NCBI GenBank assembly: GCA_965223325.1
Contig: CBDCWI010000002.1
Span: 3,872,001 to 3,936,000, forward strand
Reading direction: 5' to 3'
Source: Candidatus Multivoradales bacterium
Lineage (GTDB): Bacteria; Acidobacteriota; Thermoanaerobaculia; Multivoradales; Multivoraceae
DNA: 64,000 nucleotides
Shown: piece by piece, positions 29,175-38,467 of the stretch
Position numbering within the stretch: the first letter of the stretch is position 1
How the letters are laid out: each line of letters begins with the position of its first letter
Notes under the pieces: generated by a model
The model's input: only the letters and a program-made list of their open reading frames with translations
The model's database searches: none
What the model was told of the DNA's origin: nothing
Made by a program: the position numbers and the translations under genes

Positions 29175-29876
29175 CTAGGCGGGTTGGGCGTCGCCGTCGG
29201 CGACAGTGGCTTGGACGCGCGCCGGTGGGGCGGTTTCCTCGGCCGCCATCCGACGCCGCTCGAGCATGGCGCGCATGGCGATACACCAGATGGCGATGAA
29301 CAAAACGGCGAAAGCGTTGATGCGCAACGGTCCCACCATGCTCGAAGATACCGTGTCGGGTGACGACTGCAGTTGGTGCAGACTCCGCCACCAACGCACG
29401 CAGAAATAGATCAGTGGGATGTCGACCCAGGCCACGATGACGGCTACCGCACTCCAGGTCGCACGCTGGGCCGGGTCGGAGAGAAAGGCGCGTAGCGCCA
29501 GGACGCCGGCGTACAGCAGTACCCCGATGAGAGTCGTCGTCAGACGCACATCCCAGTCCCACCAGATTCCCCAGGTCGGTCTCGCCCAGATCATGCCGGT
29601 TGGCAGGAGGATCAGACCAAGCGCGATTCCGGTTTCGATCGCGCCGACCATGCGGGCGTCGTGCTTGCGGTCTCCGGTCCACAGAGACAAAACGGCGAAG
29701 CCGAAGGCAAACGTCATGATGAGTAACGTGTTCCAGGCGATCGGAACGTGCGCGTAGAGAATGCGGGAGACGTCGCCCATGTGGCGTTCGGGCGGCGAGT
29801 AGAAGAGGCCCATGCCGCTGCCGATCAGCAGTAGCAAAAGCCCTAGGAGGCCGAGGAAATGGATCGATCTGCTCAT
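29175..29876 (-). CDS. ccmC: Heme exporter protein CcmC
   Basis: ILYAHVP, TGMIWARPTWGIWWDWDVRLT, WWRSLHQ. Confidence 0.95.
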   Translation of the reverse strand: MSRSIHFLGLLGLLLLLIGSGMGLFYSPPERHMGDVSRILYAHVPIAWNTLLIMTFAFGFAVLSLWTGDRKHDARMVGAIETGIALGLILLPTGMIWARPTWGIWWDWDVRLTTTLIGVLLYAGVLALRAFLSDPAQRATWSAVAVIVAWVDIPLIYFCVRWWRSLHQLQSSPDTVSSSMVGPLRINAFAVLFIAIWCIAMRAMLERRRMAAEETAPPARVQATVADGDAQPA

Positions 29877-30020
29877 GTCAGCTCAGTCGCTTCCAATGGT
29901 TCTTACCTTTGAGGGTTCTCGTGGATGGGAAGCAAGAGAGAGTCTGGCAGAAAGACGGCCGAAAAGTCTCGCCTGCCCCTCGATGCGGTGCCTGTGGCAA
30001 CCACCTGGTCTCGCTCCGCG

Positions 30021-30728
30021 CTACAGGCCCTGGTCGTCGATGTAGGGGTAGAGCACGCCCCCCAGACACCAGTAGATGACGGCGAAGAGAAACAGCAGCA
30101 TGCTCCAGGAGGAGAGCTGGCCCATTGCGTCCACCGAGAGCGCCAGGGATGACGCTTTGGCCATTGCACCGAGGACCGGGATGACCAGCGGAAAAAGCAG
30201 GAGCGGCAGCAGCACGTCCTGGCTCTTGAGGCGGCTGGTCATCGCCGCGTAGAGGGTGCCGGGGGCCGAGAGCCCGGCAGCGGCGAGGGTCCACAGCCCC
30301 CAAAGCTGCAAGATACCCATAAGGTCGGTGTCGACGGCATAGAGGATTGGCACCAGGGGCAGGAGGATCGGCCCCAGAACCGTCAAGAAGATGGTGTTGC
30401 TGATCGCCTTGGCGTAGTAGAGGGCGGCCGGGTCGATGGGCAAGAGGGCCAACCCTTCGAGCCCGCGGTCGATCTGCTCGATGCGAAAACTCTCGGTCAG
30501 CGCGAGGGTCGAGCTGAGCAGGAGAGCGAGCGTCAGAAAACCGCCGGCGCCCTCTCTCATCACCTCGGTATCTGGTCCGACGGCGAACGAGAACAGGATC
30601 AGGGTCACGATGCCGAACATCACCACCGCGACCAGCCGCGATCGACCCCGCCACTCGAGCCGTAGGTCGCGAAGCAGCAGGGTCCTGATCTGCGACAGGA
30701 AGGGGGTCTGGCCCGGGTTGGCGCTCAC
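30021..30728 (-). CDS. ccmB: Heme exporter permease CcmB
   Basis: RDLRLEWR and LLPLLLFPLVIP; multi-TM; follows ccmA. Confidence 0.92.
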   Translation of the reverse strand: MSANPGQTPFLSQIRTLLLRDLRLEWRGRSRLVAVVMFGIVTLILFSFAVGPDTEVMREGAGGFLTLALLLSSTLALTESFRIEQIDRGLEGLALLPIDPAALYYAKAISNTIFLTVLGPILLPLVPILYAVDTDLMGILQLWGLWTLAAAGLSAPGTLYAAMTSRLKSQDVLLPLLLFPLVIPVLGAMAKASSLALSVDAMGQLSSWSMLLFLFAVIYWCLGGVLYPYIDDQGL

Positions 30729-31450
30729 CTCAGCCTCTCGATCGGTAGTTGTGCGGCGGGTCCGCTCCAGACCAGTTGGCCACGCTCGAGAATCAGGCCG
30801 CGGTCGGCGTGCCGCCTACTGCGTTCGAGGGCGTGGCTCGCGATGATGACGGTCATGGCGCGGGCCCGGAAGCCCTCGATCCAGGTCTCGATGAGTTCCT
30901 GGCCGGCCGGGTCGAGTGCCGCAAACGGCTCGTCGAGCAGCACCAGACGTGGTTCTTCGAGCCGCGTGCGCAAGAGCGTCAGGCGTTTCTTCATTCCGGC
31001 CGAGAAACCGCCAACCCGTGCCGCGTGCCGGTCGGCCAGACCGACCTCGTCGAGCAGCGAGACCAGCGATTGCTCGCTGTCGTGACGGCCTAAGAGACGA
31101 CTCCACTGCGCGAGGGTTTCGAGTGCGGTCAGGCGTGGATAGAGGTAGCTCTCGTGAGAAACCAGAGTGAGCTGCCTTCGCACGGCGCGCTGTTCCTTGA
31201 TCGGGTCATGGCCGAACACCTCGAGAGAGCCGCTCGAGGGAGGCTGCAGGCCGGCGAGCAGGCGCAGCAGCGTGGTCTTGCCCGATCCGTTGGCTCCGGC
31301 CAATAGAACCGCCTCGCCCGCGCGGACTTCGAGATCGAGGTGGGCGAGCGCCCAGTGGCGCCCGAAGCGCCGGCCCAGACCCTCGGTGCGAAGGGCGGAC
31401 ACGCTTTTGTTTGCCTCATTCTGGTCGGCCTCGTCGGCGTTCCTGGTCAT
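30725..31450 (-). CDS. ccmA: Heme exporter ATP-binding protein CcmA
   Basis: GANGSGKTT, FSAGMKKRL, LLDEPF. Confidence 0.9.
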   Translation of the reverse strand: MTRNADEADQNEANKSVSALRTEGLGRRFGRHWALAHLDLEVRAGEAVLLAGANGSGKTTLLRLLAGLQPPSSGSLEVFGHDPIKEQRAVRRQLTLVSHESYLYPRLTALETLAQWSRLLGRHDSEQSLVSLLDEVGLADRHAARVGGFSAGMKKRLTLLRTRLEEPRLVLLDEPFAALDPAGQELIETWIEGFRARAMTVIIASHALERSRRHADRGLILERGQLVWSGPAAQLPIERLR

Positions 31451-31586
31451 GGGCGTATTGGATCACGGCAGACCGGCCACCTGTGGCCTTTTGATCGCTC
31501 TCACTCTCTGGTTTGCGGCCCTGGTTGCCACATCTCGACCATCGTCTAGTGACCTGGGGGCCACCGTTGCGTGTTAAACGTGTCTC

Positions 31587-33851
31587 ATGAAGAAGTTCTT
31601 CGAGTGGGAAGCTGCATCCTTGCAACTGATGGCGCGCTGCTTGTCGATGGCACTCGCAGTCGGTGGAGTCTTCCTGCTCGGCGGTTGTGCAACGACCGGC
31701 ACCGCATCGATCGACCCGGACCCGCGCCCCGATCGGGGAGCTGGCCAGGTCCCTGATGCTGTGCAACCGGCGTTGCCGGTCCGCGAACATGAGCTCCTCT
31801 TGATGCTCGAAGACCGCCGGCTGTACGAGGCCTTCGCCGTCAACACAGCGCTGGCGGGTGAGCCCCCGCTTCGGTCACGCCTCGCCCTGGCTCTGGGACG
31901 GGCCGGTGACCCAGCCGCGGTTCCCGTTCTCGAGGAGCTGGTGCGCGACCCCAACCCGGCTGTGCGTCGCTCTGCGGCTTTCGGGTTGGCCACTGCGGCG
32001 GGACTGGGAGCACTTCTCGACGCCGACGTTCGAGCCGGCAGCATTGTCTGGAACGCGATGCGTGATGACGACCTGGAGACCGCGCGCTGGGCGGCCATCG
32101 CGTTCGCTAGAAGCACCGCTGATGGCACCCGCCTGGCTCAGGCGCTGGCGCAGCGGGCCGAAGGTGTCATTGATCCTGAAGCTCCGCCGAGCGAAGCCGA
32201 GATCGACTTCTGGGCGCGGCTGCTGCCGGCCTTGGCGGTGCTCGAGTCGAGCCAGACGAGCCGCGATCTCGCCCGGGCGGCCTATCAGCGTCTCGCTGGT
32301 TACGAGGTCGAACTTGCAGGGGTGGCTCTTGCCATTCTTCTCGAAGAAGACCCCGCGGCGAGCGAGCACGCTGAGCACGCACTTTCGTCCAGCGACCCAT
32401 GGACCCGCTCTCTGGCCTGGACCTTCATCGGGCGCCATGGACCAGCTTCCACCTCGCTGCGTGAGACCGCCTTGGCGCGACCCGCTACAGAAGACCTGGA
32501 TCTCGCCGAAGTGCGCGAAGCCGCCAGCATCGTCGCTGCGTTGGCGCGCCAGGTCGAGCGCGGGGTTGTGGCGCCGGCACCCGAGATCGCGTCGGTGCTC
32601 GCGGCGTTGCTCGACCATCCTGCATTGATGGTGCGTTTCGCGGCGCTCGAGGCGGCGCGGTTCTGGCTACCCGAGCCCACGCTCACGGCGGCCTTGAGAG
32701 AGCGCGTCGAAGCTGCAGATGCTGGTCTCCCCAAACAGTCGGCGAGTTCGGCGGTGCGGGAAGGGGCCGTGGCGCTCCTCAGCCTCGCGGCCGGCTCGGA
32801 CAATCGGGCGGCCGATCTTATCCGTCGTTGTCTACGCAGTGGCCATACCGATCTGCGAGCTGCAGCGGCGGCGGCAGCAGTTCTCACCGCCGACCGAGAA
32901 TTGCTCGGGCGACTCGAAGAAGCTCCCGAGCCGCTGGTTCAGGTTGCTCTAATGGAAGCCTGGGTCGAGGCGCTCCTGCGCTACCGGCCGCCTCCTTGGG
33001 ACCCAGCCCTGCGCGAGGCCGTGCAGCTGGTCATCGAGCCGCGGCTCCTGGGGAACGACTCTGGAGTTCGCAGTGCGGCCTGGGCGCTCGCCGCTCGATA
33101 CCCCGTCCTGCCGGTCGAGAGCCTTGCCGCGGGCCTTCAGCGTCTCGCCGGCAACCTCGACGAGACCCTCGAGTCGCGGCTACAAGCGGTTTCCGCTTTC
33201 GACGCCCTCGCGCGGGCCGAGCGGCTCGAGCGCGGCGCCGCGATTGCCAAGCTCGAAGAGCTGGCGGAGGACCCGTCCTGGCCGGTCCGGCGTGCCGCGA
33301 CGGCGGCCCTTCGGGCGCTCGATCGGCAGGTGGACCGGCCGGCGCGGCCCGTGGCTCATGCCCGGCAGCTCTATCGGGAGTGGGCGGAGCGCTTCGGCGG
33401 CCGCCGGATGCTCGAGATGGTGACTGAAGAGGGAGTCCTGCGCTTTGAGCTCGACTGTTCCCTGACCCCGCAGGCCTGCAGTAGCGTCTTTCAGTTGGCT
33501 GCGCAGGGGTACTACGACGACCTGGTGTTCGAGGGTGGCGAGCCGGGACGCATGCCGGCGGACAGCCGGCTCGTGCTCGGCAACAGTGGGGTCGCGGGTT
33601 GGCGGAGTCCCGGATATCGCATTCGGGATGAGCCCACGCCTGAGTTCTTTCTGCGCGCCGGCGTGCTCACTCTCGAGCGCCTGGCCCCAGACGCGGGGGC
33701 CGCTGGGCTCTCCGTCACCCTCGAACCACGACCGCAGGCGACGGCGAGCGAGGTGGCGCTGGGTCGCTTGATGGATAGCGACTTCGCGATTCTTGCCCGG
33801 CTCGGGCAGGGCAGCCGCGTTCACACCGTGCGGGAAGGCCGGAGCCGCTGA
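31587..33851 (+). CDS. HEAT-repeat lipoprotein with degenerate C-terminal cyclophilin-like domain
   Basis: LLGGC lipobox, HEAT repeats (DPNPAVRRSAAFGL, DPSWPVRRAAA), C-terminal TEEG..FEL..TP..F.QLA..GYYD..PGYRIRDE. Start uncertain. Confidence 0.75.
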   Translation: MKKFFEWEAASLQLMARCLSMALAVGGVFLLGGCATTGTASIDPDPRPDRGAGQVPDAVQPALPVREHELLLMLEDRRLYEAFAVNTALAGEPPLRSRLALALGRAGDPAAVPVLEELVRDPNPAVRRSAAFGLATAAGLGALLDADVRAGSIVWNAMRDDDLETARWAAIAFARSTADGTRLAQALAQRAEGVIDPEAPPSEAEIDFWARLLPALAVLESSQTSRDLARAAYQRLAGYEVELAGVALAILLEEDPAASEHAEHALSSSDPWTRSLAWTFIGRHGPASTSLRETALARPATEDLDLAEVREAASIVAALARQVERGVVAPAPEIASVLAALLDHPALMVRFAALEAARFWLPEPTLTAALRERVEAADAGLPKQSASSAVREGAVALLSLAAGSDNRAADLIRRCLRSGHTDLRAAAAAAAVLTADRELLGRLEEAPEPLVQVALMEAWVEALLRYRPPPWDPALREAVQLVIEPRLLGNDSGVRSAAWALAARYPVLPVESLAAGLQRLAGNLDETLESRLQAVSAFDALARAERLERGAAIAKLEELAEDPSWPVRRAATAALRALDRQVDRPARPVAHARQLYREWAERFGGRRMLEMVTEEGVLRFELDCSLTPQACSSVFQLAAQGYYDDLVFEGGEPGRMPADSRLVLGNSGVAGWRSPGYRIRDEPTPEFFLRAGVLTLERLAPDAGAAGLSVTLEPRPQATASEVALGRLMDSDFAILARLGQGSRVHTVREGRSR

Positions 33852-34011
33852 GTATTGCCTCTGCCGGTGGCCCTTCCCGGTACGGTTTCTGCCCGGTACG
33901 ATGCGGGCCCCTGGCGGCTGACCCGAAACCGGGGATCAAACAGCAAGATTCGCGCATTCGCGAGGGTCCTGACGTTAGTTCGCTCGCCCCTTGGGCCCGG
34001 GCCGAAGCCCC

Positions 34012-34039
34012 TGAAACCCTGGTGTTCACCCTCCGTAAA
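34012..34039 (+). promoter_or_regulatory. ECF (SigW-type) autoregulatory promoter
   Basis: TGAAAC-16nt-CGTAAA ending 15 nt before the ECF sigma ATG. Confidence 0.75.
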
Positions 34040-34054
34040 AGGTCGCAGAGAGGT

Positions 34055-34627
34055 ATGGCAGAGACCGACGAAGAACTCGTGGCAGCCGTCCTCCAGGGCA
34101 AAGAGGATTGCTTCCGTGAGCTCGTTCTCCGTTACCAGGGTCGGATCGTCAACTATCTCAACCGTTCCCTTCGGGACATTGAGGAGTCGCGCGACCTCGC
34201 CCAGGAAGTCTTCGTTCGCGTCCACCGAGCGTTGGATCGCTTCGATCCGACCTACCGCTTCTCGACTTGGCTCTTCCGGGTCGCGCAGAACGCCGCCATC
34301 GACCGTATTCGAAAGCGACGTCTGCAGACCGTTTCGATGCATCGCTCCGACAAGGACGAAGGTGGGGGCGGTGACTGGGAGTTCGAAAGCCCCGAGCGTG
34401 ACCCCTACGGTGACCTTCGTAACGTCGAGCGCGGCCAGGCGATTCACTCAGCAGTCAATGGTCTTGCCAACGAATACCGAGAACTCATCATGTTGCGCCA
34501 TTTCGGAGAACTCTCCTACGACGAAATCGCCGAGCTGAAGAAAATGCCGCTGGGCACGGTCAAGAACAAGCTCTTCCGCGCCCGCCAGATGCTCAAACAA
34601 GAACTCTCCGACTACCTGACCGACTGA
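34055..34627 (+). CDS. ECF RNA polymerase sigma factor (SigW/RpoE-like)
   Basis: DLAQEVFVR, FSTWLFRVA.N, LSYDEIA...PLGTVKNKLFRAR. Confidence 0.94.
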   Translation: MAETDEELVAAVLQGKEDCFRELVLRYQGRIVNYLNRSLRDIEESRDLAQEVFVRVHRALDRFDPTYRFSTWLFRVAQNAAIDRIRKRRLQTVSMHRSDKDEGGGGDWEFESPERDPYGDLRNVERGQAIHSAVNGLANEYRELIMLRHFGELSYDEIAELKKMPLGTVKNKLFRARQMLKQELSDYLTD

Positions 34628-34708
34628 ACCGAAGCTTTCTCGAACCAACCTTCTAGGCGCCAGAGCCCAATCTGAGTCCCATCGCCCCTCCTCGCCCCGA
34701 GGCCTGCC

Positions 34709-35260
34709 ATGAACAAACCCCGCCAGCCAGCCGACCCAGCCCCATCTGATTCGATCGGAGATCCCGTCGATCGCCGTCTCGATCTTCTCTTGGGTGAGCT
34801 GGTTGTTCCTGTCGAATCAGGCTTCACCGAGCAGGTCATGCGCCGGGTCATGGCTCGGGAGCCGGAGGTCCTGCCTTCGGTCGACTGGTTTGGCGAGTCC
34901 GAAGCGAGTCGCGGTCGATTGTTGGCTCGCCCTGGTTGGCTGGCAGCCGGACTGCTGGCCGCCTTCCTTGGAATCGCCGCTGTACTCGGAGGGTTAGGTG
35001 GCGGCTCGGCCTCCGCCTCGGTGCTCGCTGCGCTGACTGACTTCGCTGGAACCTCACTAGCAGCAGGTGCCGGTCTGCTCGGCGCTTCCTGGCAGGGCAT
35101 AGGCGGTGTGCTCGCGGCCTGGCTCGGTGAGTCGATCTGGAACCTGCTGCTCTTCGGTGGCGTTGTCCTCGGCCTCGACGTCTTGTTCTTCATGATGATT
35201 CGCCGTCGCCGCCACAGCGCTTCGGTTACAGCTTCAACGCGACTGAGCGACCCAGACTGA
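34709..35260 (+). CDS. Membrane protein, probable anti-sigma factor
   Basis: GFTEQVMRRV motif typical of anti-sigma N-termini plus 2-3 TM segments; directly after the ECF gene. Confidence 0.6.
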   Translation: MNKPRQPADPAPSDSIGDPVDRRLDLLLGELVVPVESGFTEQVMRRVMAREPEVLPSVDWFGESEASRGRLLARPGWLAAGLLAAFLGIAAVLGGLGGGSASASVLAALTDFAGTSLAAGAGLLGASWQGIGGVLAAWLGESIWNLLLFGGVVLGLDVLFFMMIRRRRHSASVTASTRLSDPD

Positions 35261-35324
35261 GCGACCCAGACTGAGCGACCCAGACTGAGCGACCCAGACT
35301 GAGCGACCGGCACTGAGCGACCCC
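35241..35324 (+). repeat. 14-bp tandem repeat, 6 units
   Basis: (GACTGAGCGACCCA)x4 followed by GACTGAGCGACCGG and CACTGAGCGACCCC. Confidence 0.95.
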
Positions 35325-35478
35325 GTTCGCCGGGCCTGGCACCGTGCCGGGGGGCGGCTTGCGAAGTCAACCAGGAACGAGGCCTCGAGGGTGTAGCGTT
35401 GACACCCTAGGGGTGCCCCCCGGCACCCGTGAGGACGTGAAGGAAACGTTCGCGGTGTACCGCTCGAGGAGAGCAGCT

Positions 35479-36396
35479 TTGACGCCCGAAAACAGTCCAT
35501 TACGGCTCGCTATGTGTGTGATGGTCATGGTGCTTGCGAGTGCCGGCGCTTTTGCCGCCACCGGTCAAGCGCCGGCAATGGTGCTCGAGCAGGGTTCTGT
35601 GACGTTTTCGCAGGTCGTGGCGATGTCACGCGATCTGATCATCGAGGGCGACTGTCGTGCGGGCGCGGCCGTCGTTGGAGGCTCGGCTCGGGTGCGAGGC
35701 ACCGTGGACGGTGATCTCGTAGTCCTCGGCGGGAGCGCAGCGCTCGAGGAGGGTGCGCGCATCAAGGGTGATGTCTTCGTGCTTGGCGGCACCCTAGAGT
35801 CCGCCGGCACCGCCACGGTAGACGGCCAGGCGGTCGCCTATCCAAGTGCACCGTCGACCTGGGTGCTGTTGCTCGAAGGACCGGCGCTCGGGCGCTCGGC
35901 TTTCGACCCGTTCGTTCTCGCCACGCGGCTCACCTTGCTAGCGGCCTGGCTCTTGGTCGGCGTGCTTTTGATGTCGGTGACCGGTCGCCAGATGGTGACG
36001 ACGGCAGACACGGTGGTAAGGGAGCCTGCGCGGTGCTTCTTCGTTGGCTTGACCGGAGTTCTAGCGGTGCTCATGACGATCCTGTTGTTCAGTTCGTTCG
36101 CGGCCGCGGTGGTGGGTGTGCCGATCGTTCTGCTTCTACTTCTGGGTGCCCTTTTGCTCAAGCTCTGGGGTACGGTGGCGGTGGTCTTGGCGTTCGGGCG
36201 CTTTGTCCTTGCGCGCCTGGGCCGCGCGCGAGAACTGCCGCTGACGGCAGTTCTGGCGGGTCTCTTGTCGTTGGGGCTGGTCAAGTTCCTGCCAATGATG
36301 GGAACCTGGGTCTGGACAGTTGTCACCCTGGTTGGGGTCGGCGCTGCCCTTTTGAGTAAATTCGGCCGCCGCGAGCCCTGGTTGATGCCCGCCTAG
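35479..36396 (+). CDS. Exported beta-helix (bactofilin/polymer-forming-like) domain fused to a multi-TM domain
   Basis: Signal peptide, repeated VxGDxxVxGG units, then 4-5 TM helices; GAGGAG SD before TTG 35479. Confidence 0.75.
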   Translation: MTPENSPLRLAMCVMVMVLASAGAFAATGQAPAMVLEQGSVTFSQVVAMSRDLIIEGDCRAGAAVVGGSARVRGTVDGDLVVLGGSAALEEGARIKGDVFVLGGTLESAGTATVDGQAVAYPSAPSTWVLLLEGPALGRSAFDPFVLATRLTLLAAWLLVGVLLMSVTGRQMVTTADTVVREPARCFFVGLTGVLAVLMTILLFSSFAAAVVGVPIVLLLLLGALLLKLWGTVAVVLAFGRFVLARLGRARELPLTAVLAGLLSLGLVKFLPMMGTWVWTVVTLVGVGAALLSKFGRREPWLMPA

Positions 36397-36439
36397 CGCG
36401 CCCTTGAGAGGTAAGGAGTCTCGAAGCGTCGTTTGGCTG

Positions 36440-36469
36440 TTGACCGGGCCCTTCGAGGATCGTTAAACT
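36440..36469 (+). promoter_or_regulatory. Sigma70-type promoter candidate
   Basis: TTGACC-18nt-TAAACT upstream of the TPR gene. Confidence 0.5.
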
Positions 36470-36563
36470 AGATTTTGTAGAAAACCGGGGCGAGGTGCTT
36501 CGGCCGGGTGCTCGAGCCCTCACAGTCCAAAGGACTGGGGTCGCTCGAAAAGGAGTCAGACGC

Positions 36564-38396
36564 TTGTTCTGTCAGGTTTGTGGAACCCATCAGGCAGATG
36601 ATGTCGATCATTGCGGCAAGTGCGGGCACAAGCTGCTGGTGCTCTCCGGCATGCCCAGCCTGGTCGAGGAAACGATCGATTCCGGCGAGGAGTCGTTCTC
36701 GCTCGAAGAGCATCTCCTCGAACGGGTTTCGATCCTCGAAGAGGTCCTCAAGCGCACCGGCGAAACCGTCCGCAACATCCTGGGCGCCCTGCACAAGCAG
36801 GAAGAGAACATCCTGATCAACCATGCTGGCCTGGTCGCGTTGCGTGACCTGCTCGAGCAGAAGGCGATCATTGGCCGCGATGAGTGGAGCCAGCTCTGGG
36901 AGTCCAAGATGGACTACCAGCTCCTCTGCCTCGAGAAGCGTGAACGTTTCGGTTCGATCAAGGACAAGATCACCGGGCTCTTTCAAGGTGCCAAGCGCAA
37001 GCTCTTCCACCAGTATCTGGAAGAGGCTGAGTACGCACTCTACGCCTTCGACCTCGACAAGGCGATCGTCGGTCTCGAGGCGGCGTTCAAGCTCGACAAA
37101 GAGAACTATGAGCTGGCGCACTTCCTCGGCGAGACCTGGTTCAACCAGGGCCAGACCGAGCGTGCCCTGGGCTACTACCAGAAGGTCCTCGAGGCCAAAC
37201 CAGATCACTACGAAGGCCTCGTCTACAGCGGTGTGATTCACCACCAGCTCGGCAACAACGAACGCGCCAAGCTGCTGCTCGAACGCACCACTCAGCTCTA
37301 TCGCGACAACTTCCTGCCGCACTTCTCACTTGGTGCCGTGCTCGCCAGCGAAGGCCAGTTGGCCAAGGCAGTGGTGTACCTGTCGCGTGCCGTCGAGATC
37401 GACGCGGTTCCCGATGCGCACTACCTGCTTGGTTCCTGCTACTACGAGATGGGCAAACTCGGTCCGGCGTCGGAGGCACTCGCCGAAGCGGTCAAGCTCG
37501 ACCCGGCCTACGAAGAGTGTTACCACCTTCTGGGACTGACCTACCTCGATCGTCGCTGGAACCAGAAAGCCCTCAACGCCTTCCGCCAGGCGCAGCAGCT
37601 CAATCCCAAGAAGATGCACTACGAGCATCTGGTCTCGTACCTCTCAGGCCAGAGCGGCGAACTCCCTGCCCTTTCTGAAGAGGCACAGGTTCACGTTACT
37701 GCGGCCGAGAAGGCGTTGCACGCTGGGGCGCAGAAGAAGGCACTGGCCTGCTACCAGCGTGCTCTGGCGATCGAGCCAGAGAACCCGGCCGTTTTGATGG
37801 CGACGTCGCTGGCGTGCCTGCATCACGATCGCAACCACGAGAGCAAGGCGATCGCTGAGAAGGTCATCGAGCTCGACCCTGGCGAGATGCTGCGCGCCAC
37901 CGCCTACGCCACTCTGGTCGAGATCCTGCGCACCGAGGGTCAGTACCGCGAGGGCAACAGGATCGGCCGTCTGCTGCTCGAAGAAAGCACGACAGACTTC
38001 TCGCGCACCATCGCCTACTACGAACTCGCCTACAACCTCGCCGAGCTCGAGGAAGACCTCGACGAGGCACTCGACCTCGCCCGCCGTTCGCTCGACTCGT
38101 CGCCGGAAGAACTTCGACAGTTCCCGCTGGCGGTGCTCGGTTGGGTGCACTACAAGCGCGGCGAACTCGAGGAAGCCATCGATTTTCTCGAGCGCTCGAC
38201 CGGCCTGGCCGAAAGCTCCACCACCCTCACGCACCTCGGTATGGCTCTGCTCGCCCAGGGCGACGACGAGCGCGCCCGCGAAGCGCTCGATCGGGCGCAC
38301 CGGCTGAGTGACCGCGGTGGCGCTCTCGAGGAGCGCATGATGGAAGTCATGCGGGATTCGGCGAAGGTGCTCGAGCGCGTACGACGACGAGCGTAG
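36564..38396 (+). CDS. TPR protein with N-terminal zinc ribbon
   Basis: MFCQVCG..CGKCG, a coiled segment, then many TPRs; AAGGAG SD before TTG 36564. Confidence 0.85.
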   Translation: MFCQVCGTHQADDVDHCGKCGHKLLVLSGMPSLVEETIDSGEESFSLEEHLLERVSILEEVLKRTGETVRNILGALHKQEENILINHAGLVALRDLLEQKAIIGRDEWSQLWESKMDYQLLCLEKRERFGSIKDKITGLFQGAKRKLFHQYLEEAEYALYAFDLDKAIVGLEAAFKLDKENYELAHFLGETWFNQGQTERALGYYQKVLEAKPDHYEGLVYSGVIHHQLGNNERAKLLLERTTQLYRDNFLPHFSLGAVLASEGQLAKAVVYLSRAVEIDAVPDAHYLLGSCYYEMGKLGPASEALAEAVKLDPAYEECYHLLGLTYLDRRWNQKALNAFRQAQQLNPKKMHYEHLVSYLSGQSGELPALSEEAQVHVTAAEKALHAGAQKKALACYQRALAIEPENPAVLMATSLACLHHDRNHESKAIAEKVIELDPGEMLRATAYATLVEILRTEGQYREGNRIGRLLLEESTTDFSRTIAYYELAYNLAELEEDLDEALDLARRSLDSSPEELRQFPLAVLGWVHYKRGELEEAIDFLERSTGLAESSTTLTHLGMALLAQGDDERAREALDRAHRLSDRGGALEERMMEVMRDSAKVLERVRRRA

Positions 38397-38467
38397 GCTC
38401 CCGAAGCCCCAGGGCGGCTGTGTGAGTATGATCCGGCGACTCGAAAGGCTTGCCAAGGAGCGACCCG

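Noticed and set aside
35241-35324. CRISPR array
   Set aside because: Contiguous 14-bp units with no spacers and no cas genes.
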